From assembly GCA_964016885.1 (NCBI GenBank), contig OZ024747.1, positions 83,204,001-83,268,000 on the forward strand: a DNA stretch of 64,000 nucleotides, read 5' to 3'. Of this stretch, positions 50,801-64,000 are shown in pieces. The position numbers and the translations under genes are program-made. Positions within the stretch are counted from its first letter, which is position 1; the number at the start of each line of letters is the position of its first letter. Source of the stretch: Eledone cirrhosa (Eukaryota). The notes under the pieces were generated by a model. The model was not told the DNA's origin. It searched no databases and saw only the letters and a list, made by a program, of their open reading frames with translations.

Positions 50801-53019
50801 GAAGAAGAACATCCAGCCATAGAAACTATGCCAGAATGGAATGTATGACCTGTTAAGCCTCAGAACATGGCAACCCATCTAACCCATACAAGTATTGAAA
50901 ATAGGTATGTGATGATAAACACCTTAAATAAACAGTTTTGTATCATAGTACCTGGAGTTGTCTGAAGTGGTTTGATATCAAAAGGGTTAAGGTATATCAG
51001 TAAATTCCAATAGAAGTGACTCTCATTCAACTAGTTTGCAACCTGGTATAGATTTTCAGTTTAATCTTCACTGTCATTATTAATACATTTGAGAAAGGTA
51101 TGATAATGTAAACTTGTTATTTCCCTTTGCTGAGAGTCGCAGTGGATGGAGTGTTATAAGTACTGGCTAGTATAGAGATGATAGGTTGCTGTCTTATCAA
51201 TGGTAGGCTTCATACTTGCCAATGGTATCTTTTTTGAGGCAATATTTTAAAACTGGACCCCCTTCCTGATGCCAACTTCATGTCTGATATTGTTATTATT
51301 TTTAAACAACTCTATGACCTAATTTCAATTGTAGCCCCTTAACCTCCCAACCCAGGAGCATTTTATCATGGCCCAACACAACCACTTTATAGAGTGTAGA
51401 AGGTGTATTTCACTGTGGCACCAGTACTAATACTTTACAGATTGCACTGAATACATTTTATATCATCAACACTAGAGAGGTTGTCATGTACGCAACAAAA
51501 CTGGAGTCCTCTTTACCCTATATTGTCTCCATTTAATACAATGGAAACTGAAAACAAACACCATCTACATGTTTCCTTGTGATTCATAAAATGATTTAGA
51601 TTTTAGAAACATCGTTGTTGCTGCACTAAGTACAAAAAATTGTGCCAGATTAAATGCTTGACTAGTAAATATTTTAGTTTGTGAGGTTTCTAATTTCTAA
51701 GTTCCCCATTCCCCAGAGAACTTATATTTTCACAAGCAGAAAGAGAAAGAGACAGACAGACAAAAAGAGAGAAAGTGAGACAGACAGAGAAAGACAAATA
51801 CAGAGAGAGAGAAAGACAGACAGAGAGATAGTAACAGATATAAAATAGTGAACACTAACAATGGATTATACTTTCTTAGAATCCATTACCAAAGTAAGAC
51901 CTTGAACCAAAGTATTCTGTTATATATTTTACTGGTTTGTCGTTAGACCATGGTCATACTAGGGCACTGCTTTTAAGGAATTTAGTTGTTCATATCTAGT
52001 ACACTACTTATTTTAACAATCCATCTCTTTTTGTCAAACTGTTAAGTTACAGAACATAAATAATCAGTAAATATAAACACAGACATACACATATATACTA
52101 CAGGCTTCTACAATGTTTCTGTCCACCAAATTTCATTCCCAAAGCATTGGTCAACCCAAAGTTATATTATAGAAGGCATTTGTATAAGGTACCATGCAGA
52201 GAGACTGAACTAAAGCCATGTGGTTGTGTAAATTCCTTAACCACACAACCATGCCTGCAAAAAATCATTATCATCCTCACCATCACTAACTGACAAGTAG
52301 TGGCCGCCGCCATGTCTTTTTCGAGCACAGTAACAGAAAACATATATGCCTTTTTTTTTCCCTTTTCTTGATAAATAAGTAATCAAATTACAATTTAAAT
52401 AGTAGGACAGGCTTGATTCTTTCATAAAGAGGTCACAATTATAAAGTTGTGAACATGATATCTTTATAAAAATATATTCTCCCCAGACAAGTAGATTCAA
52501 TTGAATAGCTGGTTATTTTGTAATTTTTTCACTTAAGTAATTTGATGGTGGGTGTAGGTTTGGAAGTAACATTTAACATTTTATGTACATCTGTGTATGA
52601 TTGGCAAAGTCATTATGGGCTTTGGATAGAATGCTTTACAATATTTATTCTGGTTCTAAGTGTGGGGGATTGGTAGAATTGGATAAAATGCCTTTGCAGT
52701 GTTTGTTTGTTCCAAGTCTTTTTCATTCTACATTTAAATCCCACCAAGATCAACTTTACCTTTCATCTTTCCAGGGTCAATAAAATAAAGTACCAGAAAG
52801 TACTGGGTTGATAAAATTGACTTGTAAATCAAACTTTAGCTGCAGTACAGTAAGTACTATTCGATTTGTTTGAGAGAATCACAAAGCACTCAATGGATCG
52901 AAAGTTAAAAACAAACATTAAGCCCAGAGATAACACTGTAGTTATAAAGTGACACCAAGAAAACCAACTGAAGGCACAAACTATACATACTACAAAATTA
53001 CGATAGATACAGAATGGTT

Positions 53020-53056
<37 letters not shown>

Positions 53057-53375
53057 TCATCATCATCAAAGGTCTAGTACAGCAAAAACACCAACAACCG
53101 GCAATACCTCTGTCGACAATCTAAAGATCTCCACTGTAAACACTTATAGTGTTGAGAAATAGCTAAAACTAATAACATTTCCAGATGGTGTAAGGATGGA
53201 ATATGGCCAATAGTAATGAACGTACTTAATAGTTGAACGTGAGAAAATTACTTGCTAACTGAAAACATTCTCATATTAACAGTCTCAGGCACTATTGTTC
53301 CAAATAATGAGTGTTACAATTATTGTATTGATGACATACGCACACACATACATATCTACATACACACATATATAT

Positions 53376-53418
<43 letters not shown>

Positions 53419-54282
53419 AGAATTAATTTCACAACAATTACCAAAAAACCATACTTGGGAACATGCATTTCACCTAAAAAGGATTTTCAAAGGCCAAGTG
53501 ATGTTGATAAATCAAATGATGAATTATGTCACTCATCCAATTAAGCCACAGCAGGATTTCAATACAGAATGCAAAGAGAACAAATACCACAAGGCATCCC
53601 ATTACTTTAACAATCACGTCAATCCTTTGACTAGTATATTGCTTTATTAATCCCAATAGAATCAGGATAAATGATATGTTATATCTGTATACTAAAAATG
53701 AGTAAATTTATATACTCATTTATGCAGTCTCATTTACTTCTATTCTGTATATGTACAGATATACATTTGAGCTGCTTACTGCACAACTATATATCTTAAT
53801 AGTTGAATCAAATAATATTTAAAATATCAATAAAAACAACAACTGAGAAGCACTGGATTAAATAAATGCTTAAATGAGAGGAAAAAGAGGGAAAGGGGTA
53901 GGATTGTTAAGTAATGAAAAAAAGGGGGAAGGAGAGATGATGACAGACTCTACACCTAAGTCAGATTAGTGTTTTGGTTGCGCCCTGCAGACAAAATAGC
54001 AAAAGCATTTCCGTGTGGAATGGCCACTAACACCCACTGCAACAGCCACCCCTTGCGCAATAGAGTATCATGTATTTCCTTGTGGTTTAGATTATAAACA
54101 TGCCTGTTGATGAAAGCTTGAAATCCTGTTAAAGGTATTTATCATCTTTTCTCAATTTACCGAGAAACATGCATTTGGCATATTTACATGTCTGTATACA
54201 CATTAACGCATTCTTGGTTACTTCTATATATAAATATAACTTTATCAAATACATCAGTTGCTTAATGCACAAATCATCTGTA

Positions 54283-54560
54283 AGGTGGTAATGCTGGTGC
54301 CACAGTGAAAATCCCCTGGTCCAACCTGTAAGGTAGCAGTGATGGTGCCACAATAAAAAGCACCCAGTCCATACTGTAAGGTGGTAGTGCCGGAGTCATG
54401 ATGAAATCCTCCCAATACATGCTTTAAATTGGTTGGTGTTAAAAAGGGTATCCAACCATAGATGTAATGTTCCCAGTATACACTGTAAATTGCTTGGCAT
54501 TAGGAAGGGCATCTAACTGTAGGAACCAAGCATACTAACAGAACCTAATCATCTGACCAG
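54283..54560 (+). mobile_element. SINE/LINE 3' tail with 4-5 internal tandem units
   Basis: Repeated CTGTAAGGTGGTA..GGTGCCAC..AAAA..CCC, then GGCATTAGGAAGGGCATC. Confidence 0.6.
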
Positions 54561-54639
54561 CCTGGCCTCAGCACACAAGTTCCTGTAACTTATGAAGTTA
54601 GATATAGGAGTGCCACTCTAGACATTTTCACAGTCAGCA

Positions 54640-55500
54640 GTCATGACTGGTCTCTACCCTCTATTATGTGCAAAAAGATCGCAGTGTTGTGACCTGTCCA
54701 GTTCTTGATGTTATCAGACCAGGATGTTCTTTGTCTGCTTCTGCTTGATGTGCCCTGTTGGATGGTTTTAGACAAGGCTTCATGGAAAAATGTCATCATA
54801 CCAGGCGAGCTTCCATTGTTTTACCATCCCAGTGAGTGGTTTCTACCAACCAGCATACTTACTGGCTACCTGACAGTTGTTAGTCTTGTGCTCTGTGTGC
54901 AGGATGAATAGCAGCCTTCTGAAGCACTATGTATAGGTAAAAGGGAAAGACCCCCACTTCGGTCACGAATGACCATGGGATTTACACCTAGAAAGTTCCC
55001 CCTCTGAGGCACAAGTCCAGACGTCTATAGAAGACCAGCAGTTGCCCCTGCGTACCAGTCTTCCCTCTCCGTGCCACCAATGTTGTCCAAGTGTTGGCTG
55101 TCCAGGTCTCACACTTGTAAAGAAGGATTGAAATCACCAGGGAATTGTATATTTTGAGGGGGTTGCTTTTCCATTTGATGTTTGGGTTCCTCATGGCAGA
55201 AGAGGGTTGGCTGAGTCTTGTCATTATATCCATTAGTGAACTGCTATATTTGGTCAAAGTGGATCATAGGTACTTGAAGGTGTTCACCTCTTTAAGTTTT
55301 CCTTCCTTCAGCATGATGTTGGCTGCTGTATTCTGGTTATGACTATTAACAAGAATATTAGTCTTTTCTGAGCTAATCTCTATTCTATATACTCCTGAAA
55401 CTCTTTCCAACTTGTGTGTTAAGCTCCAGGAGTTCTGCTTCACTGCTTCTTATCATCAACAAAGTACAAGTTGGAAATGAGCCCTCCGCCAATGGCGACA
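54640..55500 (-). pseudogene. Degraded RTE/BovB-like LINE fragment split by a SINE at ~54930-55090
   Basis: Minus-strand peptides VNTFKYL, IYNSLVISILLYKCETWT, CFRRLLFILHTEHKTN and LSKTIQQGT..RQRTSWSDNIKNWTG. Confidence 0.75.
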
Positions 55501-55837
55501 TTGGAGAAAGGAGACATTCTTGTTGAACTCAACTGTTGTCTTGAAGTCTTCCATGGTGTGAAAGGTGTTTGAGGGTCATTAATTATTTTGAAACTAATTA
55601 AAAGTACTTTATTTCTCTCAGATCTCTTATGGTAGATAAAATGCTAACACAAAAAATGAAGAGACATGCAGTCATTGTTGAAAGCTTTGTGCCATTTAAC
55701 AACCTTACTTAATCCATGATGTAAGCATCGCTATTGAAAACCAAAGGAAGCAGGACAACAAGGGAAAAAGGGAGAAACAACACAATAAGAAGCTGAATTG
55801 ACGATTTGGATATTTGGCTGAAACTCATCTTGTGATG

Positions 55838-56408
55838 AGGCCTCTTTTGGAATTCGACCTGGAAGTCGTTTTCCGTTAGCGAGTCGAAGACCTTCTGCAA
55901 TTCATTCTAGATCTCGGAAACAGTCTTAAAACCATGACGTTTAACCTGTATTTTAAGCTTGGAGAAGAGATGCAAGTCTATATGTGCTAAATATTGTGAA
56001 TAGGGCAAGTGCAGAAGCCATACAATGTTGTTTCGGGCGAGAAAGTCACGTATGTTGAGATTCGGTGACAGGATGCATTGTCATTGAGAAGTACCCAATT
56101 CTTTGCGTTCCATAGATTTGATCAATTTCCCCAATTGTTCTCCCTCATACGCCTCAAAACATTGCAGTAGAACTCTTGATTGACGATGTGACCCTTGGGG
56201 ATGATTTCTTGATGCACAATACCACAGACATCGAAAAATACGATGAGCATGCTCTTGATTGAGCTGCGGCTCTGTCGCGCCTATTTTGGTCATGGAGATA
56301 GAGGGCTTTTCCACTATGTCGACTGATGCCTACTCTATGTCTCTGTAGCAGACTTCCGAAGTTGAACACAAATTTCACGTTGGCTCTTTGTTCCAACTTC
56401 CTGTTCAT
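55838..56408 (-). mobile_element. Mariner transposase relic (internally deleted, frameshifted)
   Basis: MNRKLEQRANVKF.., FYCNVLRRMRE, WVLLNDNASCH, PYSQYLAHIDLHLFSKLK (degenerate YSPDLAPxD) and QKVFDSLTENDFQ. Confidence 0.85.
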
Positions 56409-56499
56409 GAAAAGATCGCTGGCTACAGCATACATGCGGTCACAAAAACACAAATTTCATGACTTGCAAAGTGAACATAGCGCTGTCACTTGGCACACA

Positions 56500-57180
56500 T
56501 GTATATATACATATACATACAGATATATATATACATACTTATATATACATATATATAAGTATGCATATATATATATACATATATATATGCATATATATAT
56601 ATACATACTTATATATACATATATATAAGTACATATATATATATGCATATATATATATACATACTTATATATACATATATATAAGTATGCATATATATAT
56701 ACATATATATATATGCATATATATATATACATACTTATATATACATATATATAAGTATGCATATATATATACATATATATATATGCATATATATATACAT
56801 ATATATAAGTATGCATATATATATACATATATATATATATGCATATATATATACATATATATATATGCATATATATATATGCATATATATATATGCATAT
56901 ATATATGCATATATATATATGCATATATATATATATATATGCATATATATATATATATATGCATATATATAGATACATATATATATATATAGATACATAT
57001 ATATATATGCATATATATATATATACATATATATATATACATACTTATATATACATATATATATATGCATATATATATATACATATATATATACATATAT
57101 ATATACATATACATAAATATATATATATATACATATACATATATATATGCATAAATATATATATATACACATATATATAC

Positions 57181-57213
<33 letters not shown>

Positions 57214-57749
57214 CATACATAAATACATATACATACATAGACTTATATATGCATATATGTATATGCATATATATATTATACGTATACATATATAAATATA
57301 TATATACATATATACATATATATAAATATATATACATATATATATACATATACATACATATATATATACATATACATACATATATATACATATACATATA
57401 TATACATATACATGCATATATATGCATATATATACATATATATATATATTCATATACATATGCATATATATACATATATATATATATTCATATACATATG
57501 CATATACATATATATATACATATACATATATATATACATATATATATACATATACATATATATATACATATATATATACATATATATATACATATATATA
57601 TACATATACATATATATATACATGCATATATATGCATATATATACATATATATATACATGCATATATATGCATATATATACATATATATATATATACATA
57701 TACATATGCATATACATACATATATATATATATACATATACATATGCAT

Positions 57750-57782
<33 letters not shown>

Positions 57783-57932
57783 CATACATATAGATATGCA
57801 TATATATACATATAAATATGCATATATATACATATAGATATTCATATATATACATATATACATATGCATATATATATATATAGATATGCACATATATACA
57901 TATAGATATGCATATATATACATATATACATA

Positions 57933-57992
<60 letters not shown>

Positions 57993-58009
57993 TACATATA
58001 TATATATAA

Positions 58010-58048
<39 letters not shown>

Positions 58049-58157
58049 TACATATATATATATATATAAATATACATATATATATATAAATATACATATA
58101 CATATATATATATATAAATATACATATATATATATAAATATACATATATATATATAA

Positions 58158-58202
<45 letters not shown>

Positions 58203-58395
58203 TATATATAAATATACATAAATATATATAAATATACATATGCATATATATATATATACATATGTATATATATATATACATATGTACATATGCATATATA
58301 TATATATATATATACATATGCATATATATATATATATATACATATATATACATATGTATATATATATATATACATATGCATATATATACATATGC

Positions 58396-58427
<32 letters not shown>

Positions 58428-58516
58428 GCATATATATATATATACATATATATACATATGCATATATATATATACATATATATATATACATATGCATATA
58501 TATATATACATATGCA

Positions 58517-58550
<34 letters not shown>

Positions 58551-58598
58551 CATATGCATATATATATATACATATGCATATATATATATACATATGCA

Positions 58599-58630
<32 letters not shown>

Positions 58631-58645
58631 CATATATATATATAC

Positions 58646-58685
<40 letters not shown>

Positions 58686-58842
58686 GCATATATATATATA
58701 TATATGCATATATATATATGCATATATATATATATATGCATATATATATATACATATACATATGCATATATATATATACATATGCATATATATATATATA
58801 TATATACACATATGCATATATATATATATACATATGCATATA

Positions 58843-58876
<34 letters not shown>

Positions 58877-58880
58877 CATA

Positions 58881-58918
<38 letters not shown>

Positions 58919-58990
58919 CATATGCATATATATATATACATATGCATATATATATATATATATACACATATGCATATATATATATACATA

Positions 58991-59031
<41 letters not shown>

Positions 59032-59055
59032 GCATATATATATATATACATATGC

Positions 59056-59114
<59 letters not shown>

Positions 59115-59144
59115 CATATGCATATATATATATATATATACATA

Positions 59145-59194
<50 letters not shown>

Positions 59195-59276
59195 CATATG
59201 CATATATATATAAATATGTACATATGCATATATATATAAATATGTACATATGCATATATATATATATACATATGCA
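56500..59276. repeat. ~2.8-kb complex (TA)n/TACA/TGCA microsatellite
   Basis: Directly visible; source of the IY-repeat ORFs. Confidence 0.97.
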
Positions 59277-60763
59277 TTACCCTTGGTAGATCCGACAGAG
59301 GGACCAGCTATTGAGATTGACGAATATAGGGTCCAAGAGGCAATTAGGGAAATGAAAAATGGCAAGGCGGCCGGACCATCCGGAATAGTTGCTGAGATGC
59401 TGAAGGCATCAGGGGACGTAGGCACTAAACTGGTTGCACGCATCATCAATCAGGCTATATATGGTGGTGTCATACCCAAAGACTGGTGCAGCAGTATTCT
59501 CATAAATTGCTACAAAGGTAAAGGGGATGCTTTGGAGAGGAGCAATTATAGGGGTATAAAACTGATAGATCAGGTTATGAAAGTGGCAGAAATGATTTTA
59601 GCACAACTAATTAGAGAAAGGGTCAAACTAGATGAGATGCAGTTTGGTTTTGTGCCTGGGAAGAGTACAACAGATGCCCTCTTCTTGGTGAGACAAATGC
59701 AAGAGAGGTTCTTAGAGAAGAATAAGCCACTATACTTAGCCTTTGTTGACCTAGAGAAGGCCTTTGATAGGGTACCCCGATCTGTCATCTGGTGGTCCCT
59801 AAGGAAGCTAGGTGTTGAGGAATGGCTTGTGAGGACAGTGCAAACTTTGTACAGAGGTACTCTCAGTAAAGTCAGGGTAGGAATGGAGTTTAGTGAGGAA
59901 TTCCAGATACAAGTAGGAGTACATCAGGGTTCGGTCCTCAGCCCGCTCTTGTTCATTATAGTCCTCCAAGCCATAACAGAGGAGTTTAAGACTGGCTGTC
60001 CATGGGAACTTCTCTATGCTGACGATCTGGCGCTTATAGCAGAATCAGTAGAGGAGCTAGAGAATAAATTCCGGCTATGGAAACAGCAGTTGGAAGCAAG
60101 AGGACTGAGAGTAAATCTAGCTAAGACAAAAGTGTTGATGAGTAGAAAAGAGGACAAAACCCTGATTCCGTCAGGGAAATGGCCATGTTCGATATGCAGA
60201 AAAGGAACTGGCATAAATTCTATAAAATGCACACAATGCAGGTCCTGGGTACACAAGAGATGTAGCGGGATAGCAGGCAAACTAACAGGTAGGGAGAAAT
60301 ATGTATGCAGTAGATGTACAGGGAAATTAGACAGTAGAAGTCGCACTGATAGACACATTTTTCAAATGCGAGAGGGCGCTATAGAAGTGGTGGATAGCTT
60401 CTGGTACCTAGGAGATCAGATTAGCATGGGAGAAGGGTGTTCCGAGGCCATAGTATCTAGAATAAGGACGGGTTGGAAGAAGTTTAGGGAGCTGCTTCCT
60501 CTGTTGACGAAGAAGGGTTTCTCCCTGCGTACAAAAGGCCGATTGTATGATGCCTGTGTGACGAGGAAGTTGAAGGGAGACGTGGTAAAGGTAGACCACG
60601 AAAAACATGGGCGGAAATGGTGAGAACAGACCTCAGATCGCTGAAGAACACGGTGAAGATGACGAAGGACCGTGACAAGTGGAGAGATGCTGTGCTGAAT
60701 AAGACCCGTCCCACCCTTGCAAGCAGGGAAAAGCGGATGTATGATGATGATGATGATGATGAT
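59277..60763 (+). mobile_element. 5'-truncated RTE-clade LINE (family A): open RT domain, PHD-like finger, internal deletion, (GAT)n tail
   Basis: [48 protein letters not shown] and YADD. About 80 codons are missing at ~60560. GRPRKTW C-terminus in another frame, then GATGATGAT. Confidence 0.95.
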
Positions 60764-61743
60764 ACATATACACATATAAATATATATGCATATATATACA
60801 TATACAAATAAATATATACATATATATATATACATATACATATATATGCATATATGCATATATATATACATATACATATGCATATACATACATATACATA
60901 TATATACATATACATATACATACATGTACATATACATATACATACATGTACATATACATATATATACATGTACATATACATATAAATACATATACATACA
61001 TGTACATATACATACATATATATACATATATATACATATACATACATGTACATACATATACATATATGTACATACATATACATATATGTACATATACATA
61101 CATATACATACATATACATATATATGTACATATACATATATATACATACACATACATATACATACATATACATATATATGTACATATACATATATATGTA
61201 CATATACATATATATGTACATATACATATATATGTACATATACATATATATACATACACATATATATATACATATACATACATGTGCATAAATATATATG
61301 CATATATATACATATATGCATATATCTACATATACATATATGCATATATATAAGTATACATATATGCATATATATACATATATGCATATATCTACATATA
61401 CATATATGCATATATATAAATATACATATATGCATATATATACATATATGCATATATATACATATATATATATACATATGCATATATATACATATATATA
61501 TATACATATGCATATATATACATATATATATATACATATGCATATATATACATATATATATATACATATGCATATATATACATATATATATACATACACA
61601 TATACATATATATACATATATATACATATATATATACATATATATACGTATATACATACATATATATACGTATATACATATATATATATAAATATACGTA
61701 TATACATATATATATACATATATATATATATACATATATATAT

Positions 61744-61800
<57 letters not shown>

Positions 61801-61849
61801 CATATATATATACATATATATATACATATATATACATATATATATATAC

Positions 61850-61880
<31 letters not shown>

Positions 61881-61881
61881 C

Positions 61882-61932
<51 letters not shown>

Positions 61933-62033
61933 CATATATATATACATATATATACGTATATATATATACATATATATATACATATATATACGTATATATA
62001 TATACATATATATATATACATATACATACATGT

Positions 62034-62070
<37 letters not shown>

Positions 62071-62475
62071 CATACATGTATACATATATATATATATACA
62101 TATATATATACATATATACATATACATATATATATATACATATATACATATACATATATATATATACATATACACATACACATATATACATATACACATA
62201 TATATATATATACATATACACATATATACATATATATACATATATATAAATACATATACACATATATACATATATATACATATATATGCATATATATATA
62301 TATATATATACATATATATACATATATATAAATACATATATATACATATATATATATATATACATCTATATACATATATATATATATACATCTATATACA
62401 TATATATATATATACATCTATATACATATATATATATACATATATATACATATATATATATATACATATATATAC

Positions 62476-62506
<31 letters not shown>

Positions 62507-62585
62507 CATATATATACATATACATATATATACATATATATATATATACATATATATACATATATATATATATACATATATATAC

Positions 62586-62620
<35 letters not shown>

Positions 62621-62654
62621 CATATATATACATATATATATATATACATATATA
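60764..62654. repeat. ~1.9-kb complex (TA)n/TACA microsatellite
   Basis: Directly visible. Confidence 0.97.
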
Positions 62655-63921
62655 TCATCATCATCATCATCATCATCATCACCGTTTTACGTCCGTTCTT
62701 CCACGCTAGCATGGGTTAGACAGGTTGTCCTGTTGTGGGCAGTGTCTGGTCGGCTGACCATGCCTTGCTCATACAGGAACTGATCTGGCTTGATTTCTAC
62801 AGCTGGATGCCCTTCCTAACACCAACCTCATTTACAGTGAGTGCTGGGTGCTTTTTCGTGGCGCCTACACGTCCACTTTACAGTGTGGGCTGGGTGCTTT
62901 TTTGCCGTGGCACCTCCACGACCACCTTGCGGTGGGGGGGGGGGGGCATATTGTTTATATGCCTCAGCATGTACCCATGGGAGGTCGGGTACCCTGTATT
63001 ACTGCGTGACGCCAGAAGTCACGGTCGTGTGTCATTGACTTTGAGAGGTGTAGTTGGGTAAGGTCGGCTTTTATCACCTCATCCCAAGTCATCTTGGGTC
63101 TCCCCACTCCGCGGTTTCCATCAACTTCTAGTGCTCTGCACCTTTTTATGCAGCTGTCATCCTTCATACGCATCACATGTCCATACCAGCGTAACCGCCT
63201 CTCCTGCACGCAGCATTTGATTCCTCTTATGCTCAGTCTCTCTCTCAATTCATTTATGCTTTGTCGTTCACGTATATTACTGTTACACATCCATCGGAGC
63301 ATGCAAGCTTCGTTTCTCTCTAATCTACGTAAGTCTTCCACCTTCAGCGCCCAGGTCTCACTACCATGCAACATCGCTGTTCGGATACACGCATCATACA
63401 GTCTGCCTTTCATTCTGAGGGAGAAGCCTTTTGCAGCTAGCAGTGGTAGTAGTTCCCTAAACTTCTTCCATCCCGTTCTTACCCTAGTTATTGTACTTTC
63501 TGAGCACCCACCTCCTTTGCTAATTCGGTCACCTAGGTAGCAGAAGCTGTCTACTGTTTCTACAGGGCCCTCCCAGAGATTGGTGGTACTTGTTTCCTGT
63601 GGCTGTTTGCTTGCTGTTTCAGCACAGCTGCTGCATGTGAATCCTACATTCTTAATTAAGCTTCCTGAGATCCCGCTACATCTCTTGTGTACCCATTGTT
63701 TGCATTTGGGGCAAAGAATGGAGTTCCTACCTACACCTTTCCTACATACTGAGCAAGGCCATTTCCCTGAGGGGATCTGGGTTCTGTTTTCTCGTCTACT
63801 TATAAGGACCTTAGTCTTTGTCATGTTGACTTTGAGGCCCTTTCTCTCTAGTCCCTGCTTCCAGGTTTGGAATTTATTCTCTAGTTCTACCATAGATTCA
63901 GCTATGAGTGCGAGGTCATCA
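62655..63921 (-). mobile_element. 5'-truncated RTE-clade LINE (family B): open ORF from the catalytic DD to stop (62964), PHD-like finger, ~310-bp 3' UTR and (GAT)n tail
   Basis: DDLALIAES..KTKV..KWPCSVC..FCYLGD..LHGSETW..RRLRWYGHVMRM..GRPKMTW, uninterrupted. (CAT)n on the plus strand at 62655-62680. Confidence 0.95.
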
Positions 63922-64000
63922 TATATACATATATATATACATATATATATATACATATATATATATGTATATACATATATATACGCATATACATATATAT
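63922..64000. repeat. (TA)n-rich microsatellite running off the window
   Basis: Directly visible. Confidence 0.9.

Noticed and set aside
59250-59276. ATG start of the 457-aa RT ORF (and of ORF 62964-63956) as autonomous LINE genes
   Set aside because: Both starts come from flanking microsatellite. The copies are 5'-truncated and lack the endonuclease, so they are not autonomous.
56457-62783. IY/YI-repeat ORFs
   Set aside because: They are translations of TA-rich microsatellite, open in many frames on both strands.
41502-64000. KCTD exon 1 (start codon and LNVGG-type BTB N-terminus)
   Set aside because: No matching peptide was seen by eye or in the ORF track. It probably lies beyond the window, though a short exon could have been missed.

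Overview
AT-rich, repeat-dense eukaryotic DNA. The SINE, RTE-LINE and microsatellite landscape resembles an octopod cephalopod, but this is inference from repeat style only. The one host gene is a minus-strand KCTD5/KCTD2/KCTD17-family (insomniac-like) BTB Cullin-3 adaptor. Five coding exons (41393-41501, 5825-5916, 4135-4230, 2251-2376, 736-765) splice GT-AG in frame into 150 aa ending ...GSRM*. I did not find exon 1, so 41502-64000 is probably intron 1. The 35.5-kb intron that splits the BTB domain holds a ~29.6-kb satellite of an 18-bp, two-allele, triplet-built unit (GAT GTT GTT GTT GTC A[G/T]T) with nested higher-order duplications. All giant ORFs in the track are by-products of this array or of (TA)n tracts. 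The remainder is tRNA-type SINEs, TTAA-flanked MITEs, a mariner relic, CRE-like endonuclease fragments and RTE LINEs. Two diverged RTE copies carry an intact C4HC3 PHD-type zinc finger inserted just after the RT core and lie tail-to-tail inside a multi-kb TA-rich microsatellite.
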